Shown: positions 1 through 12,600 of the stretch, piece after piece | Position numbering within the stretch: position 1 is the first letter of the stretch | Layout: each line of letters starts with the position of its first letter | Source of the DNA: Raillietiella orientalis | Lineage: Eukaryota | DNA: 64,000 nucleotides | Direction of reading: 5' to 3' | Assembly: GCA_036172245.1 (NCBI GenBank) | Contig: JAYWIR010000037.1 | Location: 930,001 to 994,000 of the forward strand | Position numbers and translations under genes: made by a program | The notes under the pieces: generated by a model | The model's input: only the letters and a program-made list of their open reading frames with translations | What the model was told of the DNA's origin: nothing | The model's database searches: none

Positions 1-1759
1 TCGGTGTTCATCTCTAGAGGATTCCGAACATCTTTGAACTAAACGCCCTGAACTTTTTGAGGATGAGGCGTGCAGCCTCTCTAATCATCGAGAGAAAGAT
101 CAAAATTTAAACCAGAAGTCCCATCTGGAATACCGTCAGACTCAGATGTGTTCTCTGAGTTCTCCCATCTTTTCTAGAAGTCATCACAATCCTCCTCATC
201 GAATCTTATTACTGGATGGTTTCATCTGTTGAGATCTGCATCACCCTTCGAGTCAGTCATACGAGAATGCGTATGCGTTTATTCGAAACATCCCTAGCTA
301 ACCGATGGCTTCTTGCGGCATCTCTGAAAGTGGAGTCCAGGCAAGAAGACAGTTGTCTTGTTCGGTTTGAAGCAAACGACCAAGAGACGAATGTGGACGC
401 ACTCCAGTTGAAGTTCCGGTTCCAGCTAGAAACTCGTCCTGACGTTTGTTTTGAAAGCTTCTGATTGGGACATTTCAAAGGCTGCATGGAAGGGTGGTCA
501 CACGCTTTGCGGACTCTTGCTCACGTCCACGGACATGCACAAGCGAACTGGTCAATTACGCAAGTGTACTCTTAAGGATCATGTAGTAGCTCATCGCTGT
601 TAGCACAGATGAAACACATAGATTCATGATATGCACGCAGAACACAGGTATACACATAAGTGGGATTGGAGTGCATAGGCCACTTAGATCAATACGCACT
701 AAAGTGTGACCGAGGACACATGGTCATGGTATCCAACTTGACGCATCATGTATTACTTTCGCATAATCGTTAATGCAGGACTGGCGAAACCGATATCTAA
801 CACGAGCAACGGAAGAGCAGGATCGATGCAACATTTCCTGTCAAATTCCTTATGAAATCTCCAAATTTTGAGAGAGAAAAAAGCAGCACAGGTTACAGGT
901 GGATTCTGAAACCTCGATATCCTAGTAATTTTTTCCCAACACGCTCGTCATTTTAATGCACTGAAGCTCGAGAGAAGACTAGTTTTGCTTTGAAAAAGAC
1001 AAATATCAACGCCATGTCAAAACATCTGACAGTCAACTTGACGCACCAGTCGCACGTAGCACGGAGATCATTTCACCCGCGCGTGGAAGTAGATCTGCAA
1101 TGCATAAATAGCTATGTAAAAAATGCATGCATCCATTAGTATGGGCTGCTTTCACGCTCGGATCACGGAAAGTGCCATGATTATTATCGCATTGACAGTT
1201 TCCACTGAAGTGTGTACAGTTGCCTGGAGTTTCGACCCTCGACCTGGAGTTTGCCACAGGCACACCTTGCGCCGATCCATCTAAACAAAAACTATCTAAA
1301 AAAAACTAAAACAAAAAATACTCAGAGACCGAAATCGAAGTCATTATAATTGATGGAGTAGAAACTTAAATCCAGCCTTCTGCTGAATTCGTCCCGACGA
1401 GACTGGACACGGAACTAAAATATGAACCTCAAATCGTTCTTTCATCTAAAAAATGCTGCAATCTTGGATCAGGACCGAGTTTTCGGTCATTGTCAGTCAA
1501 CCAAGTCGTTAAAAGCTATTTCTTCGAATCTTAATGAAAGCTTGCAAACAAAGGGCTCCATGCAACTCTGTCTTTAACCCTCCTTCATTGTTCGTGGTGG
1601 TTCTGACAGGTTCTGGCATTTCTGGACTTTTAAAGGTCTCCTTGCTGGCAGGAGAGGGGTGAGGAAAGAAGGGCCCCACGTCGCGAGACACATCTCGGAT
1701 AGAGAGACAGGTTGTGTGTTTTCTGCAACTGCAAATCTACGGTCAGGGAACGAACAATG

Positions 1760-2335
1760 AATTCATCCTGGATTTCCCGTTGCTCCATTTCTCCACAAGG
1801 CAAATGACTCATCCGAGATGACGATGAGCGAGTTAGATGGAGATAGCACAACATCTCTGTCGAGATGGTAACGTTTCCAAGATGGCACTTTTCTTCTTCC
1901 CGCATACCAGGAAGAACCTCCACTGAAAGTCTCCCGGGTAATATCTTTCCATGGGGAAACCGCTTGCATGCGAGTGCTTGTACTTGGGTGCTTCATGGAT
2001 GATCCCTCTGGCACGTCACAGGTAGGTAGACATGTGCGTTGGTGAATGGAAGGCCCTGAAGGTCTGGGAAGTTCTCTGGTCCAAATTTCGTTTCTTCTCA
2101 AGCTGAGCGCAGGACTTTCTCTGGGATGCAGCAAAATAACCGGAGATTTGCAAATCCCTCTCACTTGGATGCGCTTCTCTGCTCGCGGTTTTGTTCCACC
2201 TTGTCCATCCCGTCCGGAAACGCCCACACCATCCTGCAGCGATCTTTTCAAAGTGTTGGTAAAGATCCCTCTCCGTATAGCGGAACACCTCTGCTCAAAG
2301 AAGACGTTGACTTGGACCCTGGCTGCAGACTGCAA
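1760..2335 (-). pseudogene. Degenerate LTR-retrotransposon (Gypsy-like) integrase core relic
   Basis: Across frameshifts and stops, the minus strand reads QHFEKIAAGWCGRF...WTRW, then SQTFRAFHS...STYL*RARGIIH...HSHASGFPMER, then SWKRYHLDRDVVLSPSNS...ESFALWRNG. This follows the motif order of rve integrases (PFE.I..D..GPF / SD.G..F.S / GI.H...P..NG..ER / W...L..V.L..N). The catalytic residues are eroded. Confidence 0.4.
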
Positions 2336-2787
2336 TCCACGCGTTCCCGAAGGCAGAGAGTGATGGAGATGCTGTCGTCAGATCCTGCAGTAAGACCACG
2401 TTCCGAGACTCTCCTTAGATGCTAGGCGTCCACATGAGAAACGGAAAAAAGGGGCGGTGGTACGGCGTGCGTCTCTTCTGACAACGAGACGTAAGCCGCT
2501 TCCAGTTGTTTCGGAAGATTTTTTTGTCCCTCGCTCTTCAAGAGCTCACGAGCAGAAGACGGCTGGACGAAACCGATAGAAAACGAAAAAGAGGAGCCAT
2601 TTCCTTCCGCACCTTATCGCTTGCCGCAGCACTGTCTGCCCTCAGGGCAGACGACGACAGCAGCCAACCGGCGGGCTGGGAGTTCTGCAAAATTGCAAGA
2701 GTCCTCGACAGCTGCAAGACGAGCGGGCTGGTGAATGCCGCCACTCCTCATTTCCGGACGGAGGGACTCCTTCGTTGGGGTGGCATG

Positions 2788-4082
2788 CTCGGTTCATCAC
2801 CCGGTCACGCCAGGACGTTTATCATAAAAAATAAACATACATGTGTAGAGCCATCGACCCTACATTGTATGAAAACGCTCGGAACCTGCCGAGTAACCGG
2901 CACGCAGGCCAGCAAGGTTCGCCTCGGCAGCGATGGGGGAGAGGACAAACAAAAATAAAAAGAAAAGAAAAACAATAAAAGAAAACAAAATTGGGAGGGT
3001 TAGGGAAGGGATTACCGGGAGCCGAAGGGCGTCCTCTGCATCCTTTCCAGGATGCCGGGGAGTTCCATCCGAGTATGCCCCAAATGGTGCCATCCTGCTG
3101 CTGTCCACAGTACACCGAGAGCGAAGCCGATGGCGTCCCTATCGTGCCGTCCTCCTCTCGCGTAGCTCCAGCCTGCCACAATTCCACGTAGGCAGCGGAG
3201 AGCTGTTAGGGATGCGGCAGAAGAAAGGGCATTGCGCACGAAGAGGCGCTTCAACACGTCACCGGGATTGTCCGTCGGGGCACCGAGGGCCGTTGCGTAA
3301 CGCAACCACAGGGGCCGGAGAGCAACACAGTCTACAAGCAGATGCAGGAGAGATTCCCGTTCCCCGCACCTGCCACAGTTGGGGTCCACAGCCTCCCGGG
3401 TCCAGTGAGACCGTTTCACGAGAGACCTCAGTGCAACAGAAGTGCCGACTCCTGCCACTTCAAGGAGAGGGTCCGGCTGTTCTTCAGCTCTGGGGGCCAC
3501 TCGAGCTCTTCCTGTGGGATTCCCAGCAGCTCACCCCAGTGCAATAGTCCTTTCGACGGGACACTTGATATCGCAGCGTCCGTGAGCTGGCCCGTGCTTC
3601 AGTCATCTACTTCCCTCGTCTTCTGACTGATTGCGCAACAGACCTCCCATTTGGCCAGATGATTACTGCCCAGGTGTGCTCCCCAAGGAAGAGCAGTGCC
3701 TCGGCTAGGGAGATTCTTCGCGCCCACGTACACACGTGGTGGGCTGCACGATGATGTCCTGCAGCGAGTGGTTGTTGTAGAAGGAATGCCGCAGTCGCTG
3801 CCGCATCTCCGGGCTCGGTTCGTTGTTCTTGACCCACGTGCGAACGGTTTCCTAAAATCAGACACTACCGTTCGCGGGCCGGCAGAAGATTCAGTTGTTG
3901 GTTTTGGTCAGCTCGTCCACCCTCCGGAGCTCCAGCCCACAGCTGGACACGTTGCGTCTGCGCCGCCGCGCCGGGAAAGAAGACAGTTCCGCGTAGCCGG
4001 TGGCTCGCGTGACCAGGTATCTTGTGGACTGGCACCAGTTCGTGCTCCAAAGCTTTTCCACTAGGGCAAGCGTCCTCCACTG
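2788..4082 (-). mobile_element. 3' fragment of a non-LTR retrotransposon (L1/Tx1-like, zf-RVT CCHC knuckle); left arm of a 1,295-bp inverted repeat
   Basis: Reverse complement of 8016-9310 (paired coordinates sum to 12098). Encodes DPNCGRCGERESLLHLLVDC (C-x2-C-x7-H-x4-C, 3327-3377), followed by a T-rich 3' UTR. Confidence 0.8.
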
Positions 4083-4210
4083 ACTTTTACTCGGGCAGCT
4101 GCGAGGCAGCTCCGTTGGTCATCGGGGCCGAAATTTCGCGTGGAGGATGTGTTCCCCCTCGAGGTGGATGCGCCTGGAGGACAGGCACGCACGCATCCAC
4201 CTACGGAAGC
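4083..4210 (+). repeat. Dispersed repeat, copy 1 (inverted homologue at 9537-9663)
   Basis: Shares AAATTTCGCGTGGAGGATGTG and CCTGGAGGACAGGCACGCACGCATCCACCT with the reverse complement of 9537-9663; roughly 85% identity by eye. Confidence 0.75.
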
Positions 4211-7200
4211 ACACTCCAGCGTCAGGAGGCTGAGGCCTCCGTCGCGAAGCGGAGTCTACAAGCAGCATTGGGGTGCTGTAGCACCTGTTGGACCATCCGG
4301 CTGCTCCGGGAACCGCTTCCCCTCGGCGGCAGATCGCTAAAGATCCCGATATGGGGCTGCAGACCGTCGCATCATGTCTTTCCTCTTCCCCTCCGTCTCA
4401 CGTCTTGAGCATTTTCACTACTCAGAGACGGGATCTTATCTCCTCCTTAGACTGCGGAAAACGACACCCGACAGAGCATCAAACAAAACAGGTGAGCCAC
4501 TTCAGTACTCATCGCCACTCCTCGAGCCCCGCAGGAGCACGCAAAGGACGCTCCAAGCTGGCTCCCGAAATATGCACTGGCCTCCCTGACGGCATGTGCC
4601 TTCCTCGGGGCTCCTGCTAAGAGCTGAACTCACCAGACTCCTAGTTCTGACTTTCCCTCGTCAACCCGCCGAGTCGGACGTTCATGGAGAACAGGGGAGT
4701 CCTGTTTGGGCCTGCGGATCAGAGGGGAGAGCTCAGCTCGATCCCTATGGGAATCGGGCCGGACACTCTGTCCCTCGACCTAGTAGCATCCCATGGGAAT
4801 CTTCCCTCGCCAACACGCTTCATCGAGCATGGTCCCCGCTCCTCACTGCGTCTTCAGCCAGAATCTCCGGCGCGGACTCCTGTTGCCGCTCTTAGATGGA
4901 GGGCGTCACTCTACTTGCAGGGCTGCTACGTAATCGGGATGGAAAAGATTTTGGGATCTCTGCAAAGAGGCTCTGGCGCGCTGCTCCTCTGAACTTCATT
5001 CCTGGAGACGGAGGTGGATCGAGTCTGCGGGGGCTCTCATCAGGACTTTGAGAAGCCGACAACCGCCGTGAGGATTCGGATGCTGCTCCGCTCAAGCCTT
5101 CGCGGTAGAAGACGACTTTTTTTTGAGAGGGGGAGGGGATTTTCCCCCAAAAGTCACAGCGAGTGCCTTTTGGCGTTGAATCTCAGCCAATTCGCTCCCA
5201 GCTGGCCCAGCCATGCCATCGTTGAGCCAGAGCCGCTGATGGACCGCGAGTCGCTCTCAGTCTTTTCGCATCCGCTCGCTGCTCCCAATGTTGGGATTTG
5301 CATTTCTCCTTCAGCCCCGAATCTGGAGTTCCTGCACTTTCTCCTCCTTTTCCTTCTTCTTTCTTTTCTCCTCCTCCTCCTCTTCCCGGTGAAAATGGTG
5401 CGATCTCTACCGGGAGGAACAGCGTTCCAGGATCCGAGCGCAGCAGCGGCCGCCATGGCTGAGTCAGTCAGCTTCCAGCAGCATCCAGTCGTTCTGGCAG
5501 ACAGGGGTCATGAAAATGAAGAAAGCGTTTCCAGGCATTTCGTGATCAAGTTCTTAGTTTGCAGGAAGGAGGCGGGGTTTAGTGGGCTTCTCGAAATTCC
5601 AGGGAATCTACAGCAGAGTGGATCTCCGTAGCTGCTTCACGCCCCCGGGAGCGGGTCATGCCCTGTGTCCGTTCCAAGAATGCCGAAGCGCATGCCGGAG
5701 CGCGCTCCTCTGGTGAGCACTTGCTGACAAACTGTGCGGCTACGAAGCGGGATTGCTGCCCGAGGCAGCGCTGTGTGCTTTCCGGGGAGCCAACGCAAGG
5801 AGCCAGTGAGCTAGGCCTCGGCTCCATCCGTGCCCTCAGCATACATATGCCGTGCAAACACGCGAAACAAAAGAAATCGATTTGCGCACGCACGATGCGC
5901 GAACGGGTGAGATGGTAGCTGTTTACCCGTGCGGGCGGGCTGATTTATTCGTTGCCTCGGTGGTGCGCGGGGTCTCTCCGACGAAAACAGAAGTGTTTTT
6001 CTCTTCAGGATTTCCGCTGGGCGAGCCTTGCGTTTTCTAGCAGACAAAATCGCTGCTACCACGAGCCGCTACTGAAGGATGTTTTTTTCTTTCCTCGGAA
6101 GCAGGAATCGACTCTTCTTCTTCTGCTGCTGCTGCTGTTGCTGCTTATTTGGATTCAGAGTCGCTTGTTGTCATCGTTGTTTCATCTTTTGACCACTTCG
6201 CATTCCTCTTTCGCCGACTGGAGTCCTGGAATTTCTCGCAGACAGACGCACCACATCAGTCAGATGATAACAGTGGCGTAGCATTGGCAAACGCGTCCAA
6301 TAGGGTCCGCAGATCTGGAAGAAACAGGAAAAAAAGGGGGCGAGGAGAGGGAAGGGGGGAAGGAAACAGCAGCAGCCAGCAGTGGATACTGCGGATTAGC
6401 AGCCTGCTACACCCAAGAATCTATTTGAATGATGATTCAGGGGATGGCCTGATTTCCTCTTCCAGCTTTACTGTCATGCAAACGCAGCGTTCTTCGTGGA
6501 GACACAGCGGGCAGTCGGAGTAGGTCCCTTGATAGGAGTTCGTGGAGGAAGAGCCAGTGGACGCAGGTTTGGTATCTGGATAAACCGCGAGCGCATCGCC
6601 AATTTCCTATTGCTTGCTGAGATCTTCCTCTTCCGCTCTGCTGCAGCAAGCGCTTTATCCACAACTCTTCGACACGGAAGTTCGAGACCAGAAGCTCCGA
6701 TTCTCTATAGGAGAATTTCCATGGGAAGAATCTTGGGAGCTCTTCCCAACCCTCCTCCTTCGTCTCGTTTTGTTAGGCTTCCCCTGTCCTCCTCTCCTCC
6801 CTCCTCCTCAATCCCTACGGGCAATGGGGTGGCCCCTTAGCGTGGAGGAGGAGACCCACCTGACCATCACGGATGACCAACTCCCATCTCGCAGTGACCA
6901 TGGTCCGGCCATCCCGAACCATGGTCGCTGCCCACGTGTCTGCGACACGAAGGATCCGTGCAACCCAAAGCTCTCCGTGCTTTTCCCTAACCAAAAGTCA
7001 CCCCGAGCCCTCCTGAAGAGGTTCTTAAAGACCTTGTTGCTTCTCCTGGCACGCAAGGAAATAGGGAGACGGGATGAACAGAATTCATCAGAATGGGATC
7101 CGTGTCGGAACAGTGATCCGCTTGACCGCTCATACCGAAAAGAAAGTCGTTCCCGGATTTCTTCTTGACATGGTCACGTCGACGCCTCCATCCCTAAAGC

Positions 7201-7256
7201 TAGAGCTTCGAGGAAACAATGTGGAAGAACACGTTCGATTTCCCAAGGTGTGGAGG

Positions 7257-8015
7257 ATTTTTATCCAGCCAGTCCAGAACATTTATTTAAAAAATAAAAT
7301 ATGAGTCACAGGAGGACGGCGTTCTCTGAATACAAGGGATGCCAGAGCTAGAGGAAGTCCATTGTGGATGACCACCATCACTCAGGCCTGCTTCTAAAAA
7401 AAGAGGGAATGGAAGAAAGAGACAATAAATAAAGGAAAAAGATACGCAAGGGTAGGAAAAGAAGTCTTCGAATTCAAACGTTCCTTTCTTCCCAGAAGCG
7501 GTTGCGTATGGTGGCGATCTCAGTGATGACTTCTTCTGGCAGATGAGGCCATCTTGCAACCGTCATCATGAAGATGGCGACTGCCATGCTGGTGTCCTCC
7601 TTTCTCTGCGAACGCGGCTCAACACAGTGCGGACTGCCGCCATGGCGCGGATGTCGGATCTCGTTTGGATCACAGCATCCGTCTTCAGCCCGCCTTGCGT
7701 GAAGAAGCGCCGTAGCAAGTCCGAAGCCGGGGGATCCTGCTGCCGAAGGAGCGCCGAAGTATGTCTCCGTCACATGCCTTCAAGGATACGGCAGTCCAAC
7801 AGGAGGTGAGGAACGATCCCATTGCTTCTCACCTTCAACAGCTCAGAAAGGCAAGTCCCCCGGAAACCAGGTGTCAGCGCTGACTGCACTGGAGTCCCCG
7901 GTGCGGAAACAGCAGAAGTCCCGTTTTCACCGTAGCGAGAACAAGGAAGTGTCCGCAGACATGGAAGGGATCGCGAGCTCCTTGAGGGGCACTAGAGCGT
8001 CTGGAGTGGCAGCTC
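7257..8015 (-). mobile_element. Older, diverged 3' fragment of the same LINE family
   Basis: Minus-strand PHLLLDCRILEGM*RRHTSALLRQQDPPASDLLRRFFTQGGL aligns with LHLLVDCVALRPLWLRYATALGAPTDNPGDVLKRLFVRNAL of the repeat arms. Downstream VARWPHL resembles AAGWHHL, and the T-rich 3' terminus is similar. Confidence 0.6.
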
Positions 8016-9310
8016 CAGTGGAGGACGCTTGCCCTAGTGGAGAAGCTTTGGAGCACGAACTGGTGCCAGTCCACAAGATACCTGGTCACGCGAGCCACCG
8101 GCTACGCGGAACTGTCTTCTTTCCCGGCGCGGCGGCGCAGACGCAACGTGTCCAGCTGTGGGCTGGAGCTCCGGAGGGTGGACGAGCTGACCAAAACCAA
8201 CAACTGAATCTTCTGCCGGCCCGCGAACGGTAGTGTCTGATTTTAGGAAACCGTTCGCACGTGGGTCAAGAACAACGAACCGAGCCCGGAGATGCGGCAG
8301 CGACTGCGGCATTCCTTCTACAACAACCACTCGCTGCAGGACATCATCGTGCAGCCCACCACGTGTGTACGTGGGCGCGAAGAACCTCCCTAGCCGAGGC
8401 ACTGCTCTTCCTTGGGGAGCACACCTGGGCAGTAATCATCTGGCCAAATGGGAGGTCTGTTGCGCAATCAGTCAGAAGACGAGGGAAGTAGATGACTGAA
8501 GCACGGGCCAGCTCACGGACGCTGCGATATCAAGTGTCCCGTCGAAAGGACTATTGCACTGGGGTGAGCTGCTGGGAATCCCACAGGAAGAGCTCGAGTG
8601 GCCCCCAGAGCTGAAGAACAGCCGGACCCTCTCCTTGAAGTGGCAGGAGTCGGCACTTCTGTTGCACTGAGGTCTCTCGTGAAACGGTCTCACTGGACCC
8701 GGGAGGCTGTGGACCCCAACTGTGGCAGGTGCGGGGAACGGGAATCTCTCCTGCATCTGCTTGTAGACTGTGTTGCTCTCCGGCCCCTGTGGTTGCGTTA
8801 CGCAACGGCCCTCGGTGCCCCGACGGACAATCCCGGTGACGTGTTGAAGCGCCTCTTCGTGCGCAATGCCCTTTCTTCTGCCGCATCCCTAACAGCTCTC
8901 CGCTGCCTACGTGGAATTGTGGCAGGCTGGAGCTACGCGAGAGGAGGACGGCACGATAGGGACGCCATCGGCTTCGCTCTCGGTGTACTGTGGACAGCAG
9001 CAGGATGGCACCATTTGGGGCATACTCGGATGGAACTCCCCGGCATCCTGGAAAGGATGCAGAGGACGCCCTTCGGCTCCCGGTAATCCCTTCCCTAACC
9101 CTCCCAATTTTGTTTTCTTTTATTGTTTTTCTTTTCTTTTTATTTTTGTTTGTCCTCTCCCCCATCGCTGCCGAGGCGAACCTTGCTGGCCTGCGTGCCG
9201 GTTACTCGGCAGGTTCCGAGCGTTTTCATACAATGTAGGGTCGATGGCTCTACACATGTATGTTTATTTTTTATGATAAACGTCCTGGCGTGACCGGGTG
9301 ATAAACCGAG
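8016..9310 (+). mobile_element. 3' fragment of a non-LTR retrotransposon (L1/Tx1-like, zf-RVT CCHC knuckle); right arm of the inverted repeat
   Basis: LHWGELLGIPQEELEWP..LKWQESALLLH* is followed, after a frameshift, by DPNCGRCGERESLLHLLVDCVALRPLW (8721-8771), the typical zf-RVT pattern. The stop is at 9086, followed by a T-rich tail. In-frame stops are shared with the left arm. Confidence 0.8.
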
Positions 9311-9536
9311 GCTGTGTTGCAAAAAGCTGCAAGAGGAAGGCAGAGGTGGACTGCAGGAGAGGAGGAATGGGGATGGGAAGAGCAAGATGGAGAGGAAGAA
9401 TGAAGAGGGATGGAGAAGACCCATGAGTGAGACCTCTGCACGACGAAACAGGAGGCGGAATCCTGTGGTTTCTGAGCGCTCAAGCCTCACGCCTTCCCGT
9501 GACGGGAGGAGACATGCGACTGCGCGCGGCGGCTTT

Positions 9537-9663
9537 TCCGCAGGTGGATGCGTGCGTGCCTGTCCTCCAGGAGCACCCACCTCGAGGGCAATCACATCCT
9601 CCACGCGAAATTTCAACCCCGATGCCCAACAGAGCTGCCTCGCGGCTGCCAAAGTAAAGGTCA
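9537..9663 (-). repeat. Dispersed repeat, copy 2 (homologue of 4083-4210); probably part of a decayed retroelement
   Basis: Direct by-eye alignment to 4083-4210 in the opposite orientation. Confidence 0.75.
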
Positions 9664-12600
9664 AAGCGGCCGATGAACGCGCACACGGTCACGCAGCAGG
9701 AAGGGTCAAGGGCGCACGCGTCCTCGAGCTCCTCCTTCGCCTCTGGCCGACTACACGCAAGGGTCGAGTGGGGCGCGTTTCGGACGCGCTTCCAGTGCCA
9801 GTTTGGGGACGAACGGCAGTCCGGGTAGTGGGGCGCGGGGCGCAGCTCTTAAAGACGAAGCGGAATGGCGTGGAAGAATCACATGCGATCCGTGGACGAG
9901 AGGGTCTAGTCCGGGAGTGCCCGAGAGAAGGGTATCGCTCCTCGTGCGCCTCTCCCCCAGACAGGGCTTTTGCGGATGGAGGGATTCCTGCCGCAGGTGA
10001 GGAGGAACGAACCCGTGAGCGCGCGCCCCCCTCCCCGGAACAGTCCCTCCTGCTTCCTTGCAGGAGGATTGCTTCTCTTATTCCCAGGCTTGAACGCAAC
10101 GGGTTTTCCTTCCGCTGACCACAAGTTGAGAGCAAGCCCATTGCGTTCTCCCGTTACCGAGCGCGCGCGGTAGGGAGGAGAAATCCCCTGCCGTTCGGGA
10201 ACCACCCGTTTGTTCTTCTTTACGGAGGGAACCCATTCATAATCCAAGACAGGAATGGGCCGATCGGTCGGGAACAGACGGCGGTCCATAACAGCGCGGA
10301 GACATCCGTCTTCCTTTCCGAGAAGAAAGAGGGTACAGGAGTGGCTCCGCTGGAGGAGCAGTTCCTTTTTTCGTCGCCATCCATCGCCGTTTCCGTCTGC
10401 CTTCCGATGGTCAGCCCGGAGGTGCCGCCTCGACCTCTCTTGACTTCCCGCGTGGCGGTTCGTTCCAGGTTCGGCTTCGCGGGATCACTCCGAGATCACC
10501 CTTCGCACATGACCGCTGCGAAGTCTCGGATACCTCGAGGGTAGACCCTTGGCTCGGGACAGGAAGAAGGAGGGCAGAGGAAAGAGGAGGTTGGGGAATT
10601 CGAGGATCCCTCTGCCTCAGCCTGTGCCTTCATCCCAGGAAGCTTTGCTTTCTCTCCATCGAAAGAACCACAGGGGATCCAAGAGATACAGAGGCAAGCT
10701 TAAGCATCGCCCGGCCGGCGAGCGATACTTCTCCTCTGGAGGGCAGCACATCAAGTCGACCAGCCTCGGACCATAATGGGGTTGCTGGCATTCTTGCCTT
10801 GGACCCAGGATATGGACTTTTGCGAAGCTGTTCTCCCAGGAGGACGCTCTCGTGTCCCAGATTGAGCGATGCGGAGCGTACGGGACGGTCGCGGGGCACT
10901 CTGGAAAGACCGGGATGGCTAGAGGCACTCCAGACAGGAGTGCATGTAAGCGTGTTCAGCTGAGGGTCTTCTCCTCAGAGGCGAAGGAGGACGAGGAAGG
11001 GAGGAAAAGGAGGTAATGCGGAGTAGCCGTGGTTACACCCCGTCGGAGCCGCTCCTATCCGACCATGGAGACTGCTTCTAACACCCGAGGATGACGGTGA
11101 GCGCTCCTTCGCCCTTCCGACCCGCACTGCTCCCCGGTCCCCATAAATCAACGACTTTGTACCGCCGATTTCCTGGAAAAGGAAGGAAAGGGAATGCGAG
11201 CTCGTGCGTCCCGCATCTCCCGCAGGAACGCGTGCGCTCGTCTTACGCGACGGCCGGCGATCCCAGTTCGTCTCCTGCACTAAGGACGAAGCAGCCTGGC
11301 TGGGGGACGGCAGGAGCTTCAACCGAGGCCCCACTGCGAGGAAGGGAGATTCAGGGGGAGGGAGTCAATCCGGAAACGGACATGATGGGGCGGACCGGGG
11401 AAATGGGAACCAAGTCGCTCAGCCTGCCTCCACCATCCTCTCCGTCGGAACTTCCCGTCTGCTCGGGGGCGAGTCCAGGCGTAGGAAACAGACACGGCCG
11501 CTCTGGCAGGCGAGCGAGGGGAGTCTCTGTAACCTTCCGCCTGTTCCTGCTGGGTTGCTGGAGATTCCGGGAAGGCTGCAACCTTCCTCCAGACGGCTTT
11601 CCTCCACCACCATTCCCCCTCAGCGCGCACGCCCTCTTCCTGAGATCTTCTGGGCGACCTATGCCTTCTTCCCTCCTCTCACTCTGCCTCCACAGAGTTC
11701 CCGGGAAAGGGGAGAGAGGGGAAATTAGGGAGACCAGACACCATCCTCGCGGCAGTGCGTGTCTCACGTAAGGGTCGAGAAGGGAAATTGGGTGCACGGA
11801 GCCCGCAAGGACATCCTCACTGCCACCAATGGAAGCGGTCGCCAGGAGGTTCCGGAGACACCTTCTCAGGCTCTGCCTGGAACTCAACTTCGAGCCGTCG
11901 GGACACTGCAGCAGAGAAGGAACGGCTAGCAGGAGGAGGAGGGGGTGCATCGGACCATCTCTGCCTTTTGTGAGGGTTGAGAAGGAGCAAAAAGCTGCCT
12001 CCAGGAAGCGGAAGGAGAGAAGAATCTCACCGGTGAGGAGGGGGGGGGGAACTTTTGCTTTGCTCCTGACCCACCGGGACCCAAACTTAATCTCCAAGAC
12101 CAGAGCGGGCTGGAGCATGAGCGGTTTCTCCTCCTTCCCTGCTTCCTCTTCTTCCCTTTGCTCCCTGGTGGTTGCGCGGGGCAAGCGTCTTCCCCTTCCT
12201 CCAACGTGTGCCACTACCGCTGCCGAGCAAGAAAGGCTTTAGCGTGCCGTTTTCCTCCCTGCCTCAGCTTTTCGGTAGTGGGCGCGCGCATGACGTCATC
12301 CTCTCCCCCCGCCCTCTCCACGCTTCGTCCGCCTTCCCGAAGCAACAGGCAGAAAAAGAAGCGATCGCGGAGTGATCCTTCTGGCGGAGGGTCACCATGC
12401 CATCCAGCTGCACCTTTCCCTCTTGACGTTTCTCCAAGGAGAAGGACATGGACAACACTTTTCCCTCTCGCTGCCCAAGCCCGGAGCGAAGCGAGCAAGA
12501 GAGATGGAAAACCGAGGCAACATACGTAAGAAACGGTCTGGTTACTGGTCCTCGATGCGCGAGCGCACGCGCCGAGGTGCCCTCTGAGTGGCGCAGCTGG

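Noticed and set aside
5010..5050. Hammerhead ribozyme core (CTGATGAG on the minus strand; also CTGATGA at about 15530, 25388 and 51218)
   Set aside because: None is followed by a stem II and the required GAAA.
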